Positions 19,798-29,618 are shown, counted from the first letter of the stretch. The stretch is 64,000 nt of DNA from Acidobacteriota bacterium (GCA_016184115.1 JACPDH010000080.1:6116-70115), one strand, 5' to 3'. The notes: generated from the letters alone by a model not told the origin. Translations and numbers: made by a program.

Positions 19798-20415
19798 TCA
19801 CTTCACAGTCGGCACGGATGGGGCTGACAGACGCGTCGTCGGAGTCGGGTACTCGCGACGATCGACCAGTTCCGCGAGCGGAACCTCCCATACGTCGATC
19901 TTCTGATCGCCCACGAACGCTGGGATGTCGAGCTTCTTCCTCTCCACTCCTCGGCCGGCAACACGCACCATCGCCTCTTCAGGCTTGAAGAGGACGACCT
20001 GCGTGCCTTTGATCAAGAGCCCCGGGAGAAGGACGTCGCCGTTTCCCGGGATCTGCCGGAGCTTGAGCTGCGCGTCGGGGAGTCCGGGAGGCTGAAAATT
20101 GATGATGGAGTCCCCCGGCGGAACGTCGAGCATGATGAAGGCGCCTGTCTCCGCGACCCCTCCCGAGACGTACTGGACGCCCTCGACCGAGATCGCCGTG
20201 TCGCGAAAAATCGCGTATTTGCGCTGAATCTGCAGGTATGGGTCGGTCACCATGAAATTGTCGGTCGGTGGCAGCTCGACGTCGGCGATCCACCCGCGGA
20301 CGCTCACCGGTGAGCTTCTCGAGGGGCCTTCGTTCTTCGGAGCTGAGCAGGCTGCCAGGCCGAGGGAAACCACGAGTATGAGAACGAAAGCTGTGCGTCG
20401 GGTGGTCATCGTCAT
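19798..20415 (-). CDS. Lipoprotein of unknown function.
   Basis: Signal peptide plus lipobox (LGLAAC). Same strand as the downstream cupin gene, separated by 6 bp. Confidence 0.5.
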   Translation of the reverse strand: MTMTTRRTAFVLILVVSLGLAACSAPKNEGPSRSSPVSVRGWIADVELPPTDNFMVTDPYLQIQRKYAIFRDTAISVEGVQYVSGGVAETGAFIMLDVPPGDSIINFQPPGLPDAQLKLRQIPGNGDVLLPGLLIKGTQVVLFKPEEAMVRVAGRGVERKKLDIPAFVGDQKIDVWEVPLAELVDRREYPTPTTRLSAPSVPTVK

Positions 20416-20507
20416 CGGCCTCCGTGCCCGGTGCCGCAAACCACGCGGCGGGGGCACCAGCCCCTATAATAGACGGGCACTCCCGAGAGGCGACCAACAA
20501 CTACGCC

Positions 20508-21542
20508 ATGAGCGAAACTGACACTCCGCGATTCAAAGTACGTCTTCCATCGTTCCGCGATTTCCCCGCGAGGCTCGGGCGCATCGGCTGCGCCTTCCTC
20601 GCGGTCCTCGTTCCGTTGATCTTCGTCCGGAGCTGCTTCATTTCGTACGTCCCCCCCTCGGAGATCGGCCTGCGCCAGATCGCCTTCGGCGCCGGCAAGG
20701 GGCTCCAGAAGAACGTGATCGAGTCGGGATACCGCCGGCAGATCCGAGGCTACGAGACGATCCGCACGTTCCCGCGCGACGTCCAGATCCTCGAGTTCAC
20801 GAACAGCGAGTCGGAGCGCTCGCCCGATCACCGGACGATGCCCGCCGTCAACGTTCCGACGGTCGACGGCTACCCGGTACTCGTCGACGTCACCGTTCTC
20901 TATCGAATCAAAGATCCTTACCTCGTCGTGTCGAAGTTCGGTTTCGGGAACACGTACGAGGACAGCGTCGTGATCCGCTTCACCGACGCCACGGTCAAGC
21001 AGTTCATGGGGGCTCTCAAGGCCGAGGAGTTCTACCACCCGTCGCGGCTCGCGAAGGCCGTGCAGATGCGAGCCCGTCTCGCCGCGATCTTCAAGGAGAA
21101 CGGGCTCGAGCTGATGGACGTCCTCGTCCGCCAGTACGACTACCCCGACACGTTCCAGGCGCTGACCGAGCAGAAGAAGATTCAGGATCAGTCCGTCCTG
21201 ACCAACCAGGCGCTCGCCAAACAGGCCGAGGTCGACACGCGGCTCAAGCAGGTCGCCGCAGAGGGGCGGAACCTGGTCAACGTAAAGGGAGCCGAGTTCG
21301 AAGCGATGATGACGGAGGTTGGGGCGAACCGCGACCTCTACGAGCGGCAGAAACGCGCGGAAGCCGACCTTCTCGTCAAGAGTGCGGAAGCCTCCGGAAC
21401 CGAGGCGATCAACCGCGCAATGGAAGGCGCTGGCTCCGACAAACTGCTTCGTCTGCGCAAAGGCCTCGCACTCCTGAATGCGATCAAGGGCCCGATTTAC
21501 ATCACCGAAGACCCGACCGACGTCGGGAAGCTGATGAAGTGA
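20508..21542 (+). CDS. SPFH/band-7 (prohibitin/stomatin-like) domain membrane protein.
   Basis: N-terminal TM helix, SPFH-like core, and a C-terminal coiled-coil-like region. Confidence 0.7.
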   Translation: MSETDTPRFKVRLPSFRDFPARLGRIGCAFLAVLVPLIFVRSCFISYVPPSEIGLRQIAFGAGKGLQKNVIESGYRRQIRGYETIRTFPRDVQILEFTNSESERSPDHRTMPAVNVPTVDGYPVLVDVTVLYRIKDPYLVVSKFGFGNTYEDSVVIRFTDATVKQFMGALKAEEFYHPSRLAKAVQMRARLAAIFKENGLELMDVLVRQYDYPDTFQALTEQKKIQDQSVLTNQALAKQAEVDTRLKQVAAEGRNLVNVKGAEFEAMMTEVGANRDLYERQKRAEADLLVKSAEASGTEAINRAMEGAGSDKLLRLRKGLALLNAIKGPIYITEDPTDVGKLMK

Positions 21543-21556
21543 GGAAGAGGCGAACG

Positions 21557-22576
21557 ATGAAACGACTGCTGCCGCTCGCCGCTCTGCTGCTCGCCATACC
21601 GACGATGACTTCGTGCACGCCGCACACCACGGAGGCGACCGAGGTGGGCGTTCGCTTCAACAAGATCACGAAAAACATGGAGCTCGCGCAGCCTGGCGCG
21701 ACTTACTTCTTTGTGCCGATCCTCAACGAATGGCGCACCTTCGACGTGTCGACACAGAACCTGACGATGGTCGCACAGATCGGTGACGGCGACCGGCAGG
21801 TCAAAGACGACCTGAGATTCAAGACGCGCGACGGCAACGACATCGAGACCGACGTCACCGTTCGCTGGAGGATCGACCCGACGAAAGCCGATCACCTCTG
21901 GCGCCTCGTCGGCCCCAACACCGACAAGATCCGCGACCGACTCGTCCGCCCGCTGGCGCGGACTTACGTTCGCGACGTCCTGAACCGGCTCGACTCGGAG
22001 GAGTTCTACAACCCCGATCTCCGGTTCGGCGCCGCGAACGACGCGACGAAGCTGCTCGCGACTCACCTCGCTCCCTCGGGGGTCGTCGTCGAGCAGGTGA
22101 TCCTGGGCAACTTCGCGTTCAAACCCGAGTACCAGAAGCTCATCAACCAGCGCAAGGAAGCGGAGAAGAACGCAGAAAAACTCGAGGCCGAGATTCTCGC
22201 GACGAGCGAAGCGAACAAGGCCGCGCTGCAGCAGAAGGTCGCCGAGATGACCGAGAAGCTGACGACGGCGCAGGGCGACTTCGAGCGCGCGAAGAAGACT
22301 GCCGACGCGTACCTGGTCCGCCGCCAGCAGGAGGCCACCGCGACCGTCGCTGAAAAGAAGGCAGTCGCCGAAGGAATCCGGCGCGAGCGCGCGGCGCTCA
22401 ACAGCAGCGCAGGTGACGCCTACGTCACTCTGCAATTGATCGATGCGCTCCAGAAGAAGGAGATCCGCCAGATCCCGCAGCTTCCAGGTAGCGGCAACGT
22501 GATCATCGACGGAAACAAGCTGCTGGAACAACTCGGCGTGATCCGTTACAAGGACGCGGCGAAGGGCGACAACTGA
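21557..22576 (+). CDS. SPFH/band-7 domain lipoprotein (paralogue partner of the previous gene).
   Basis: Signal peptide plus lipobox (TMTSC). SPFH core and a long coiled-coil. Translationally adjacent to the first SPFH gene. Confidence 0.7.
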   Translation: MKRLLPLAALLLAIPTMTSCTPHTTEATEVGVRFNKITKNMELAQPGATYFFVPILNEWRTFDVSTQNLTMVAQIGDGDRQVKDDLRFKTRDGNDIETDVTVRWRIDPTKADHLWRLVGPNTDKIRDRLVRPLARTYVRDVLNRLDSEEFYNPDLRFGAANDATKLLATHLAPSGVVVEQVILGNFAFKPEYQKLINQRKEAEKNAEKLEAEILATSEANKAALQQKVAEMTEKLTTAQGDFERAKKTADAYLVRRQQEATATVAEKKAVAEGIRRERAALNSSAGDAYVTLQLIDALQKKEIRQIPQLPGSGNVIIDGNKLLEQLGVIRYKDAAKGDN

Positions 22577-22658
22577 CCTCGCGGCAAATTGCCGCACGAA
22601 CGAAACGAAGCAACCCGACGAGCGCGCGCCGGCCATCAACCGGGCGCCAGGTATCGCA

Positions 22659-23288
22659 ATGTACGATCCGAGCGGTTCCTCATTCGACTACGCAAACGTG
22701 ATCTTTTCCGTGCTGCAGGACTGCGAGCACCGCCGGCGCAGCTTCACCGACGACAACGTCCGTGAAGGGCTGCTCGAGTGCGCGAGAGAGAAGCTCGCGC
22801 GGGTGAAAGCGAGCTACCTCGAAGGGATGGGCTCGAAGAGCTACTGGCGCGACCTCGAGAAGGAAGTGCTCGAAACCGTGATGCCGCAGTACGCCGCGGC
22901 TGCCGCCGAACAGAACCGGCGAGAGAGGAATGGATACGGTGTCTTTCGCGGCGGCGACCTCGCCGCTCGCGTTGCCTTCGCCCTGCTCGGACTGGTCGCC
23001 GGCGCAGCGATCATCGCAATCCCGTTCATTCCGATTTTCGAAAAAGCGTTTGCGTTCGTGCTCGCCCTGGGTGGGTGGTTCTACCCCGACATGGTGCGGA
23101 TGACGTGGGAGTACAAACACTACAAACTCCTCAATCGCCTCGTGACCTCAGGCGAGCAATACCAAAGAAATCGCGCGACGTACGTCTCGACAGCCGATGT
23201 GGAAGGGGAGGACGAGCCGGATACCGACAGCCCGGCGCGTGCGGCCGCCAGACGCGCCATCGCCGCTGAGAGCACGCAGAAGCATTGA
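22659..23288 (+). CDS. Hypothetical membrane protein (two C-terminal TM helices).
   Basis: 209-aa ORF on the same strand, immediately after the SPFH pair. Confidence 0.5.
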   Translation: MYDPSGSSFDYANVIFSVLQDCEHRRRSFTDDNVREGLLECAREKLARVKASYLEGMGSKSYWRDLEKEVLETVMPQYAAAAAEQNRRERNGYGVFRGGDLAARVAFALLGLVAGAAIIAIPFIPIFEKAFAFVLALGGWFYPDMVRMTWEYKHYKLLNRLVTSGEQYQRNRATYVSTADVEGEDEPDTDSPARAAARRAIAAESTQKH

Positions 23289-23351
23289 TTCGCCCGCACC
23301 GGGATGAGAGTGACGGCCCGTGAGGTTAGCTGGAGGGATGGAGGTCGACGA

Positions 23352-24917
23352 ATGAGACGTCTTCTGGTGGGTGTAGCCGTCGCCGCGTTTGCGCTTGCCG
23401 GACTGCTGTTCGCGCAGACGCCAGCGCCCGCACTGCTGAAGTCTCCACAAGGAGAAGCTTCGATCTCGACCCTTGAGCTGAACGCGCAGCTTTACGTCGC
23501 CGCAGACGACTTCGTGAAAGCGATGGGTGGGACGATCGAGCCCGACGGCGCGGGCTTCAAGGTCACACTCCTCGGCAGACTCGGGGCGTTCGCTCCCGAC
23601 AACCAGTACGGTGTAGTCCGCGACGAGCTGATTGCCATGCCGGCACTTCCGACGGTGATCGAAGGACGCGCGTTCGTCCCGTGGCAGTTCTTTCGCGGTT
23701 TTCTGGGCAACGCTGGAGACTTCGACCTGCAGTGGAACGCCCAGGAGCGCATCTTCACCGTGTCGCCCCGCGTGCGCGAGAGCCTTACCGTCGGCATGTC
23801 GGTCATCGACCTCGACGACATCACGAAGGTCGTGGTTCAACTCTCGGGGCGCACCGAGTTCACGATCAACCGGAAGCAGCAAAGCTACATCATCAAGTTC
23901 GGAAACCCGATCGGCGCCCCGTTCACCGAGCAGAGCTATCAGAATGCGCACCTCGCCAAGGCGCTCTTCCGGCCTAACGAGCTCGAGCTCCAGCTCGCTG
24001 GTCCCGACGTTCAGGGAAGTGCCTACCGGCTCGACGATCCATTCCGCGTCGTGCTCGATCTTCGCCGAGGGGCGCCCGCCGTGGCTCCCGGAGCCGCGGG
24101 CTTCATCAAGCTGCCGCAACAGCGCCTTCCCGGTATCCGGACGATCGTCATCGACCCCGGGCACGGCGGCACCGACACCGGCGCGATCGGCCCAAGCGGG
24201 CTCGAAGAAAAGGCGATCACGCTCGCACTCGCGAAGAAGCTCTCGGCGCGCCTCTCGCGGCAGACCAGGGCGAGAATCGTCCTCACGCGCGACACCGACG
24301 ACCTCATTCCGTTGACGCAACGCACCGCGATCGCCAATGAGTTTCAGGCCGACCTCTTCATCTCGATCCACCTCAACTCCTCGCTTCGAAAAGGAGCGCA
24401 GGGCACCGAGTCGTATTTCCTTTCGCTGGAAGCGTCAGACGAGCTCGCCAAGCAAGTCGCCGAGAGGGAAAACGAGGAAGCGGGGGCGCCTGCCGCACCG
24501 GCATTGGCTGGAGACCTGAACTTCATTCTCTGGGATCTGGCACAACAGGAATACCTGAAGGAATCGAGCGACCTGGCCGAAACGATCCAGGACGAGCTCA
24601 GTAAGGCGACGAACACCGAGAACCGCGGCGTGAAACAGGCTCCGTTCCGCGTACTCATCGGAGCCACGATGCCGGCCGCGCTCGTCGAGGTCGGCTTCAT
24701 CTCGAATCCCGATGAGGAAGCGAAGCTCAAGAGCGATGAGCATCAGAACCGGCTCGTCGACGCGATCGTGACGGCGGTGGACCGATTCAAAACTCAGTAC
24801 GAAGCGAAACTCGGCGTGACAACGACGCCCGCACCTTCGGCCGTGCCTTCTCAGCCGCCGACGCCCGCACCGCCGACCGCGCCCCCACCAGCCGCAAGCG
24901 ACAAGGCGGGTCGATGA
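23352..24917 (+). CDS. N-acetylmuramoyl-L-alanine amidase (Amidase_3 / AmiC-like) with an N-terminal AMIN-like domain.
   Basis: VIDPGHGGTDTGA…, LFISIHLNS… and GFISNPDEE motifs. Signal peptide present. Confidence 0.85.
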   Translation: MRRLLVGVAVAAFALAGLLFAQTPAPALLKSPQGEASISTLELNAQLYVAADDFVKAMGGTIEPDGAGFKVTLLGRLGAFAPDNQYGVVRDELIAMPALPTVIEGRAFVPWQFFRGFLGNAGDFDLQWNAQERIFTVSPRVRESLTVGMSVIDLDDITKVVVQLSGRTEFTINRKQQSYIIKFGNPIGAPFTEQSYQNAHLAKALFRPNELELQLAGPDVQGSAYRLDDPFRVVLDLRRGAPAVAPGAAGFIKLPQQRLPGIRTIVIDPGHGGTDTGAIGPSGLEEKAITLALAKKLSARLSRQTRARIVLTRDTDDLIPLTQRTAIANEFQADLFISIHLNSSLRKGAQGTESYFLSLEASDELAKQVAERENEEAGAPAAPALAGDLNFILWDLAQQEYLKESSDLAETIQDELSKATNTENRGVKQAPFRVLIGATMPAALVEVGFISNPDEEAKLKSDEHQNRLVDAIVTAVDRFKTQYEAKLGVTTTPAPSAVPSQPPTPAPPTAPPPAASDKAGR

Positions 24918-25477
24918 CACTTCGCGCTCTTGCGCTCGGAGCGGTGGTCGTGTCTCTGCTCGCAGCGTGCAGCCGCAAGGGCCCTGTGCAGGCGACGAGC
25001 AGCCCGGCGCCGCCTCCGCCTACGGCAATGACGACGAAACCGGTTCAGCTCTTCTACGAGGACGAGTCCCTGCTCCTCGCGCCGCGCATTGAGCGCGTCG
25101 CACTTCCGGAAAGCGACGGCGCCGCGATCCGGCCGTTGCTCGCTGCGCTTCTCGCTCCCGCGCCGCCGGCGACCGAGCCGCGTCCGATACCGGAGGGCGT
25201 CGAGATCCGCGCCACGTTCCTCCTTCCAGACGGTACGGCGATCGTCGATCTCGGAGGGCCTCTCCTCACGGCGGGATGGAAGACGGGATCGCAGGCGGAG
25301 TTGATGCTCGCGTACTCGATCGTCCAGACGCTGACATCGAATCTCCCGTCGGTCCGGCAAGTCCAATTGCTGATCAACGGTCAGCCGGCCGAAACGCTCG
25401 CCGGCCACGTCTCGATCGAGCGTCCGCTGCAGCCGAATCCCAGGATTGTTCGTCCGCAAGCTGCTCGTAATCAATAG
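24914..25477 (+). CDS. GerMN-domain lipoprotein.
   Basis: Lipobox LLAAC. GerMN-like region. A 4-bp overlap with the amidase gene suggests an operon. Confidence 0.65.
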   Translation: MTLRALALGAVVVSLLAACSRKGPVQATSSPAPPPPTAMTTKPVQLFYEDESLLLAPRIERVALPESDGAAIRPLLAALLAPAPPATEPRPIPEGVEIRATFLLPDGTAIVDLGGPLLTAGWKTGSQAELMLAYSIVQTLTSNLPSVRQVQLLINGQPAETLAGHVSIERPLQPNPRIVRPQAARNQ

Positions 25478-25531
25478 CTTGACCTGCGAGAGTCAACGCT
25501 GGAATCGGCCCAGCGGCGTTACGTGATTTTT

Positions 25532-25561
25532 TTCACAAATCCGAGCCAATTCGGCTATACT
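25532..25561 (+). promoter_or_regulatory. Near-consensus sigma-70 promoter: -35 TTCACA, an 18-nt spacer, and -10 TATACT.
   Basis: ttcacaaatccgagccaattcggctatact. Confidence 0.55.
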
Positions 25562-25567
25562 CCGCGC

Positions 25568-25753
25568 GGCCTAAGAACTACTGGATGGGCAGGCGAAACG
25601 CATCCTGGTTTCCACCTGCCTCCCGAAAGGGAACGTCAGCACACCTAAGTCAGCCGCAGCACCGAGCAGCACCCCACTGAATCCGCAGTTGCATCGTTTC
25701 CAAACCCCATCCAGTTGAGGTTAGCGAGACCCCGGCAGACCGCCGGGGTTTCG
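25568..25753 (+). ncRNA. Candidate structured small RNA of about 185 nt, possibly 6S-like. Its 5' and 3' ends form a long closing stem (ctaa…actggatggg with cccatccagt…ttag), and it ends in a GC hairpin plus TTTCG.
   Basis: Promoter directly upstream. Terminator-like hairpin ccccggcagaccgccgggg+tttcg at 25730-25753. No ORF with coding character. Complementary segments 25581-25589 and 25706-25714. Confidence 0.35.
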
Positions 25754-25787
25754 TGCGTCTGGTGGAAACGAGTGGCAGGCACGCTCC

Positions 25788-25944
25788 GCTAGCCCCAATG
25801 GCCTGAAGTCAAGAAGAAGAGGCTGAAGTTAGAACGATGAACGATGAAGTTTGAACCCATAAAAGGGCCCCGGGCGGCTTTTCAAGGTTCAACGTTCGCC
25901 GTTCTACGTTCTAACTTCGAGACTTTCGTCCCTGGGTTCAGGCC
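25788..25944 (+). mobile_element. Palindromic MITE-like repeat element, copy 1. It has ~60-bp imperfect inverted arms and an internal (GAANNNT) heptamer periodicity.
   Basis: Matches the reverse complement of 30456..30632 at high identity: ggcctgaag…gaagttagaacgatgaacgatgaagtttgaaccc … gttcaggcc. Confidence 0.7.
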
Positions 25945-26024
25945 GTTTCTGCCAGCACGCATCGTTAGGCTGCACGATCAGCTCGCTCTTCGTCGGATCG
26001 ATCCTTGCGCTTCTCGATTCCCGA

Positions 26025-26477
26025 TCATTTCCCGCAGTCGCACTGTGGGCAGCCGTTGTCGAGCACGATCTTCCAGGAGCCGTCGGCCTCGCGTCGCCAG
26101 ACCGAATTGAATGTTCCGACGCGCTCCCCGGTGTCGACGTCCGTCACCGGCCCGCTGCTCATCGCGATCGTGCCCGACTCGAGCACCTCGACCTTCTCCG
26201 GCCCCCACGCGAAGGGAGCCTTGGGCCCCTCGAAGTAGCGCTTCCAACTCTCGGCCACTGCGCCTTGGCCGCGCGTGACGCCCTTCGCACTGAAGAAGAT
26301 CGCCTCGTCGGCGAGGAATGAGGTGAACTTCGCGTGGTCGCGATCGGCCATCGTCTTCGCGAAGGCAACCTCGCTCTTCCAGACCTGCGCCTTCAGCTCC
26401 GCGTTTGATTCGCCGCGTGCCGAGAGCATCGTCAACGTGAGCAGGGCCGCAATCGTCGTGAGTTTTCCGAGCTTCAT
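26025..26477 (-). CDS. Secreted SnoaL/NTF2-like (DUF4440-type) domain protein.
   Basis: Signal peptide. About 130-aa NTF2-like fold pattern. Confidence 0.5.
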   Translation of the reverse strand: MKLGKLTTIAALLTLTMLSARGESNAELKAQVWKSEVAFAKTMADRDHAKFTSFLADEAIFFSAKGVTRGQGAVAESWKRYFEGPKAPFAWGPEKVEVLESGTIAMSSGPVTDVDTGERVGTFNSVWRREADGSWKIVLDNGCPQCDCGK

Positions 26478-26576
26478 CGTCGTCTCCTCGAGTGAAGTGC
26501 GCAGGAGCCACTCTACGGCCCGCGCGCCGGGAGCGCGGTCACGAGTACGATAAAGGAATCGACGGATCGGTTACGG

Positions 26577-27026
26577 TTAGCCGAGCTTCTTTGCGACATC
26601 GACGACCGCGTCGACGTTTGCGAGGGTGACGATGGAACTGACGAGGTATGACTTGACGGCACTCTCGTGCTCGGCGACTTCGGCGTCACTGATTCCGAGC
26701 ACCTTCGCGTACCGGTTGACGAGCTCGCGCTCCTTCCCGTCGAAGCTGTTATCGGCCCACGCCATGAGGATGCAGGTCTTGATGAAAACGTTGCGCAGCG
26801 CGCTCGTGGTAAGCGCCGCGGCGATCTCCTCGGGAGTTGCGTCGGCCGCCCGCTCGAGCTCGGCGAGACTGCGCGTGCCGCCCGCGGCGTCCGCGTAGAA
26901 GCTCATCAGCAGCGCCTTCTCCTTCTCGTGAACACCACCTTCCGCTCTTGCCACCGCGAATAATCCGCGAGCGATCGCCTCTGCCTGCTCGTCGCTGATC
27001 TCGATTTCGGGGAAAAAGGTGTCCAT
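26577..27026 (-). CDS. TerB-like (tellurite-resistance TerB / DjlA N-terminal domain) protein.
   Basis: Repeated helix pattern with conserved acidic residues (…AWADNSFDGKERELV…). The start is at ATG 27026. Confidence 0.5.
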   Translation of the reverse strand: MDTFFPEIEISDEQAEAIARGLFAVARAEGGVHEKEKALLMSFYADAAGGTRSLAELERAADATPEEIAAALTTSALRNVFIKTCILMAWADNSFDGKERELVNRYAKVLGISDAEVAEHESAVKSYLVSSIVTLANVDAVVDVAKKLG

Positions 27027-27207
27027 CGCTGAGCGCCTCCGTTGCTGATCTGGGGAAGGCGGATTGTACCACCTCGCCTGCGGGACACCCCATCGCGGAA
27101 TCCAATACAATTCCGGCCGCACCCGGCTTTGCAGATGCCAACCGGACTCAACGACGCCGAGCAAAGATGGCGAGCGCCAGAATCAGATACGAGAAGGGAG
27201 ACGATCG

Positions 27208-27948
27208 ATGACGGATGGGCCAGCACGCGTAGCGATCGTCACCGGCGGCGCGCGCGGCATCGGTCGCGCGATCGTGCTGCGTCTCGTACGCGATGGATGG
27301 TCCGTTGCGTTCACCTTTCGCAGCTCCGCCGACGCGGCAACGAGCCTTGCCGCGGAAGCCGATGCGGAGCGCCTCCTCGCGCTCGAGGGCGACGTGTCCG
27401 ACGCGGAACGTTGCGCAGCGATCGTCGACGAGGTCATCGCGCGCTTCGGCCGCGTCGACGCGCTCATCAACAACGCAGGAATCCGCCGCGACACACTCGT
27501 CTACAACATGTCGGACGACGACTGGTCCGACGTTCTCCGCACAAACCTCGATGGCGCGTTCCACATGACGCGAGCCGTACTCTCCCCGATGATGCGGCAG
27601 CGCTCGGGGAGCATCGTCAACGTTTCGTCGCTCTCGGGACTTCATGCCGTCGTCGGACAGGCAAACTATGCCGCGTCGAAGGCGGGCCTCATCGCGCTGA
27701 CGCGCACGCTCGCCCGCGAATGCGGCAGGAGCGGCATCCGCGTCAATTGCGTCGCGCCCGGACTCGTCGCAACGGACATGACGGCGGGAATGGACCCCGC
27801 AGCGAAGAGCGAGATGCTCAAGTCGATCCCGATGCGACGCATGGTCACAGCTGACGAGGTCGCGGCCGCCATCGCCTTCTTCCTCGGAAACGATTCGAGC
27901 GGAATCACCGGACAGACGCTCTGCGTTGACGGCGGCACGACCGCTTAA
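27208..27948 (+). CDS. SDR-family oxidoreductase (FabG-like 3-oxoacyl-ACP reductase).
   Basis: TGGARGIGRAI, NNAG and the YAASKAG catalytic motif. RBS gagaagggag. Confidence 0.85.
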   Translation: MTDGPARVAIVTGGARGIGRAIVLRLVRDGWSVAFTFRSSADAATSLAAEADAERLLALEGDVSDAERCAAIVDEVIARFGRVDALINNAGIRRDTLVYNMSDDDWSDVLRTNLDGAFHMTRAVLSPMMRQRSGSIVNVSSLSGLHAVVGQANYAASKAGLIALTRTLARECGRSGIRVNCVAPGLVATDMTAGMDPAAKSEMLKSIPMRRMVTADEVAAAIAFFLGNDSSGITGQTLCVDGGTTA

Positions 27949-27965
27949 CGCGTTGCGCGATCTCA

Positions 27966-28901
27966 ATGCCCTACTTCTCCGTCGTCATCCCAACCCACAA
28001 CCGAATCGCGATGCTCGAGCGCGTGCTCGATGCCCTGGGCCAGCAGCTCGAAGCGCCGAAGTTCGAGGTCGTTGTCATCGACGACGGATCGAATGACGAC
28101 ACCGCCGCAAGAGTGAGCGCTCACCTCGATTCGAAACGCTGGAGCTACCCGCTTCGCTTCGAGTCGCAACAAAACTCCGGTCCTGGTCTCGCCCGGAACC
28201 GCGGCGTCGCGATCGCCCAGGGAAGCTACATCGTCTTCATCGGCGACGATACGGTTCCTGAGCCTCGGTTCCTCGCCGAGCACGCGCGCGTCCACCGCGA
28301 GTGCGGTGACGATCCATTGGCCGCCTGCCTCGGCTACACCGGCTGGCCGCACGATGGCCAGGTAACACCGTTCATGGAGTACATCAACGACTATGGGCTT
28401 CAGTTCGGCTACAAGCTGATCGAGCACGACACGATCGTCCCGTTCAATTTCCTCTACACGTCGAACATCTCAATCGATCGCGAGCTCCTCGCTTCGAACC
28501 CGTTCGACACCTCGTTTCCTGCAGCCGCCTGGGAAGACATCGAGCTCGCGTTCCGGCTCGACGCAAAAGGGCTAAAGATCCACTATGACGCGAAGGCGAT
28601 CACGCGGCACCATCACCCGATGACGATCGATTCGTTCTCGCGCCGCCAATACACCGTCGGGCGCTCCGGTGCAATCTTCTTCGAGAAGCACCCCGGCCTT
28701 GGCCATTGGCTCGGCGTCGTGGAGTTGGGCGAGAAAGGAATCGCGGGCGATGGCGAGCTCAGGCGCCTCCGCTTCTTCGCGCGCCTCGGCGAACGCTTCC
28801 GCCTCTTCGCACGCCCAGCCATCTTCGAACGCCTCATGCGCCAGCATTACCTGCGCGGCCTGAGAGACGGCTTGGCGGAGAGGCAGGTCAAACCCCTATG
28901 A
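27966..28901 (+). CDS. Family 2 glycosyltransferase.
   Basis: FSVVIPTHNR…, DDGSNDDT and the DxD-region characteristic of GT2. Confidence 0.8.
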   Translation: MPYFSVVIPTHNRIAMLERVLDALGQQLEAPKFEVVVIDDGSNDDTAARVSAHLDSKRWSYPLRFESQQNSGPGLARNRGVAIAQGSYIVFIGDDTVPEPRFLAEHARVHRECGDDPLAACLGYTGWPHDGQVTPFMEYINDYGLQFGYKLIEHDTIVPFNFLYTSNISIDRELLASNPFDTSFPAAAWEDIELAFRLDAKGLKIHYDAKAITRHHHPMTIDSFSRRQYTVGRSGAIFFEKHPGLGHWLGVVELGEKGIAGDGELRRLRFFARLGERFRLFARPAIFERLMRQHYLRGLRDGLAERQVKPL

Positions 28902-28937
28902 CCTTTGACCTGCTCTTCACGCGCAAACCTCGCTAGA

Positions 28938-29618
28938 ATGCCGCTCACTATGAAGGGCTTCTTTCTCACGGTCGAAGGCATCGAAGGAAGCGGCAAGACG
29001 ACGCAGATCCAGCGACTTGCGAAGCTGCTTCGCGCGCATGGTCAGAACTGCGTGGTCACGAAGGAACCTGGAGGGACGCCGATCGGCGACAGAGTCCGGG
29101 CGATCCTTCTCGATCCGCAGGCCGAGGGGATGGATCCAGCGGTTGAGCTCTTCCTGCTTGCCGCATCGCGACGGCAGCACGTCATCGATGTGATCCAGCC
29201 TGCGCTCGAGGCCGGAGCCACGGTGTTATGCGATCGCTTCGCCGACGCGAGTGTCGCCTACCAGGGTTTCGGCCGGGCAATCGAGCTCCAGCGCATTCGC
29301 GACCTGAACGAATGGGCGACGTCGGGGATCTATCCTGATCTCACGGTGATCTTCGATCTTTCCGAAGCGGAAGGGCTCGAACGGGCTCGCCGACGGAATG
29401 CAAAGGAGAATCTGTACGCTGAGAGCCGGCTCGAAGGAGAGGATCTGGCATTCCATCGGCGCGTTCGCGAGGGATATCTCGCAATCGCGAAAGAGGACGA
29501 CCGCCGCTTTGCGGTCGTCGACGCAGCTGCCGGCATCGACGAGGTTTTCGAGCGTTTCAAGGCGCTCCTCTCGGCGCGTGCGCCGAAGCTGAAGCTCACG
29601 GCGGCCGAGGGGTCATGA
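28938..29618 (+). CDS. tmk: Thymidylate kinase.
   Basis: P-loop EGIEGSGKTTQ and the DRF motif (LCDRFADAS). Confidence 0.85.
   Translation: MPLTMKGFFLTVEGIEGSGKTTQIQRLAKLLRAHGQNCVVTKEPGGTPIGDRVRAILLDPQAEGMDPAVELFLLAASRRQHVIDVIQPALEAGATVLCDRFADASVAYQGFGRAIELQRIRDLNEWATSGIYPDLTVIFDLSEAEGLERARRRNAKENLYAESRLEGEDLAFHRRVREGYLAIAKEDDRRFAVVDAAAGIDEVFERFKALLSARAPKLKLTAAEGS

Noticed and set aside
25568-25753. tmRNA, SRP (4.5S) RNA or RNase P RNA as the identity of the structured non-coding region.
   Set aside because: It has no tRNA-like acceptor/T-arm with a CCA end and no tag ORF, so it is not tmRNA. It lacks the SRP domain IV motif (GGAA tetraloop with AGGUCAGG / GGAAGCAGC). It is too short, and without GGAAAGUCCGG-type motifs, to be RNase P RNA.
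25788-25944. A tRNA gene inside the palindromic element, suggested by GTTCAAC / GTTCGAAC strings.
   Set aside because: No cloverleaf can be drawn. The T-loop-like strings are not flanked by complementary stems.
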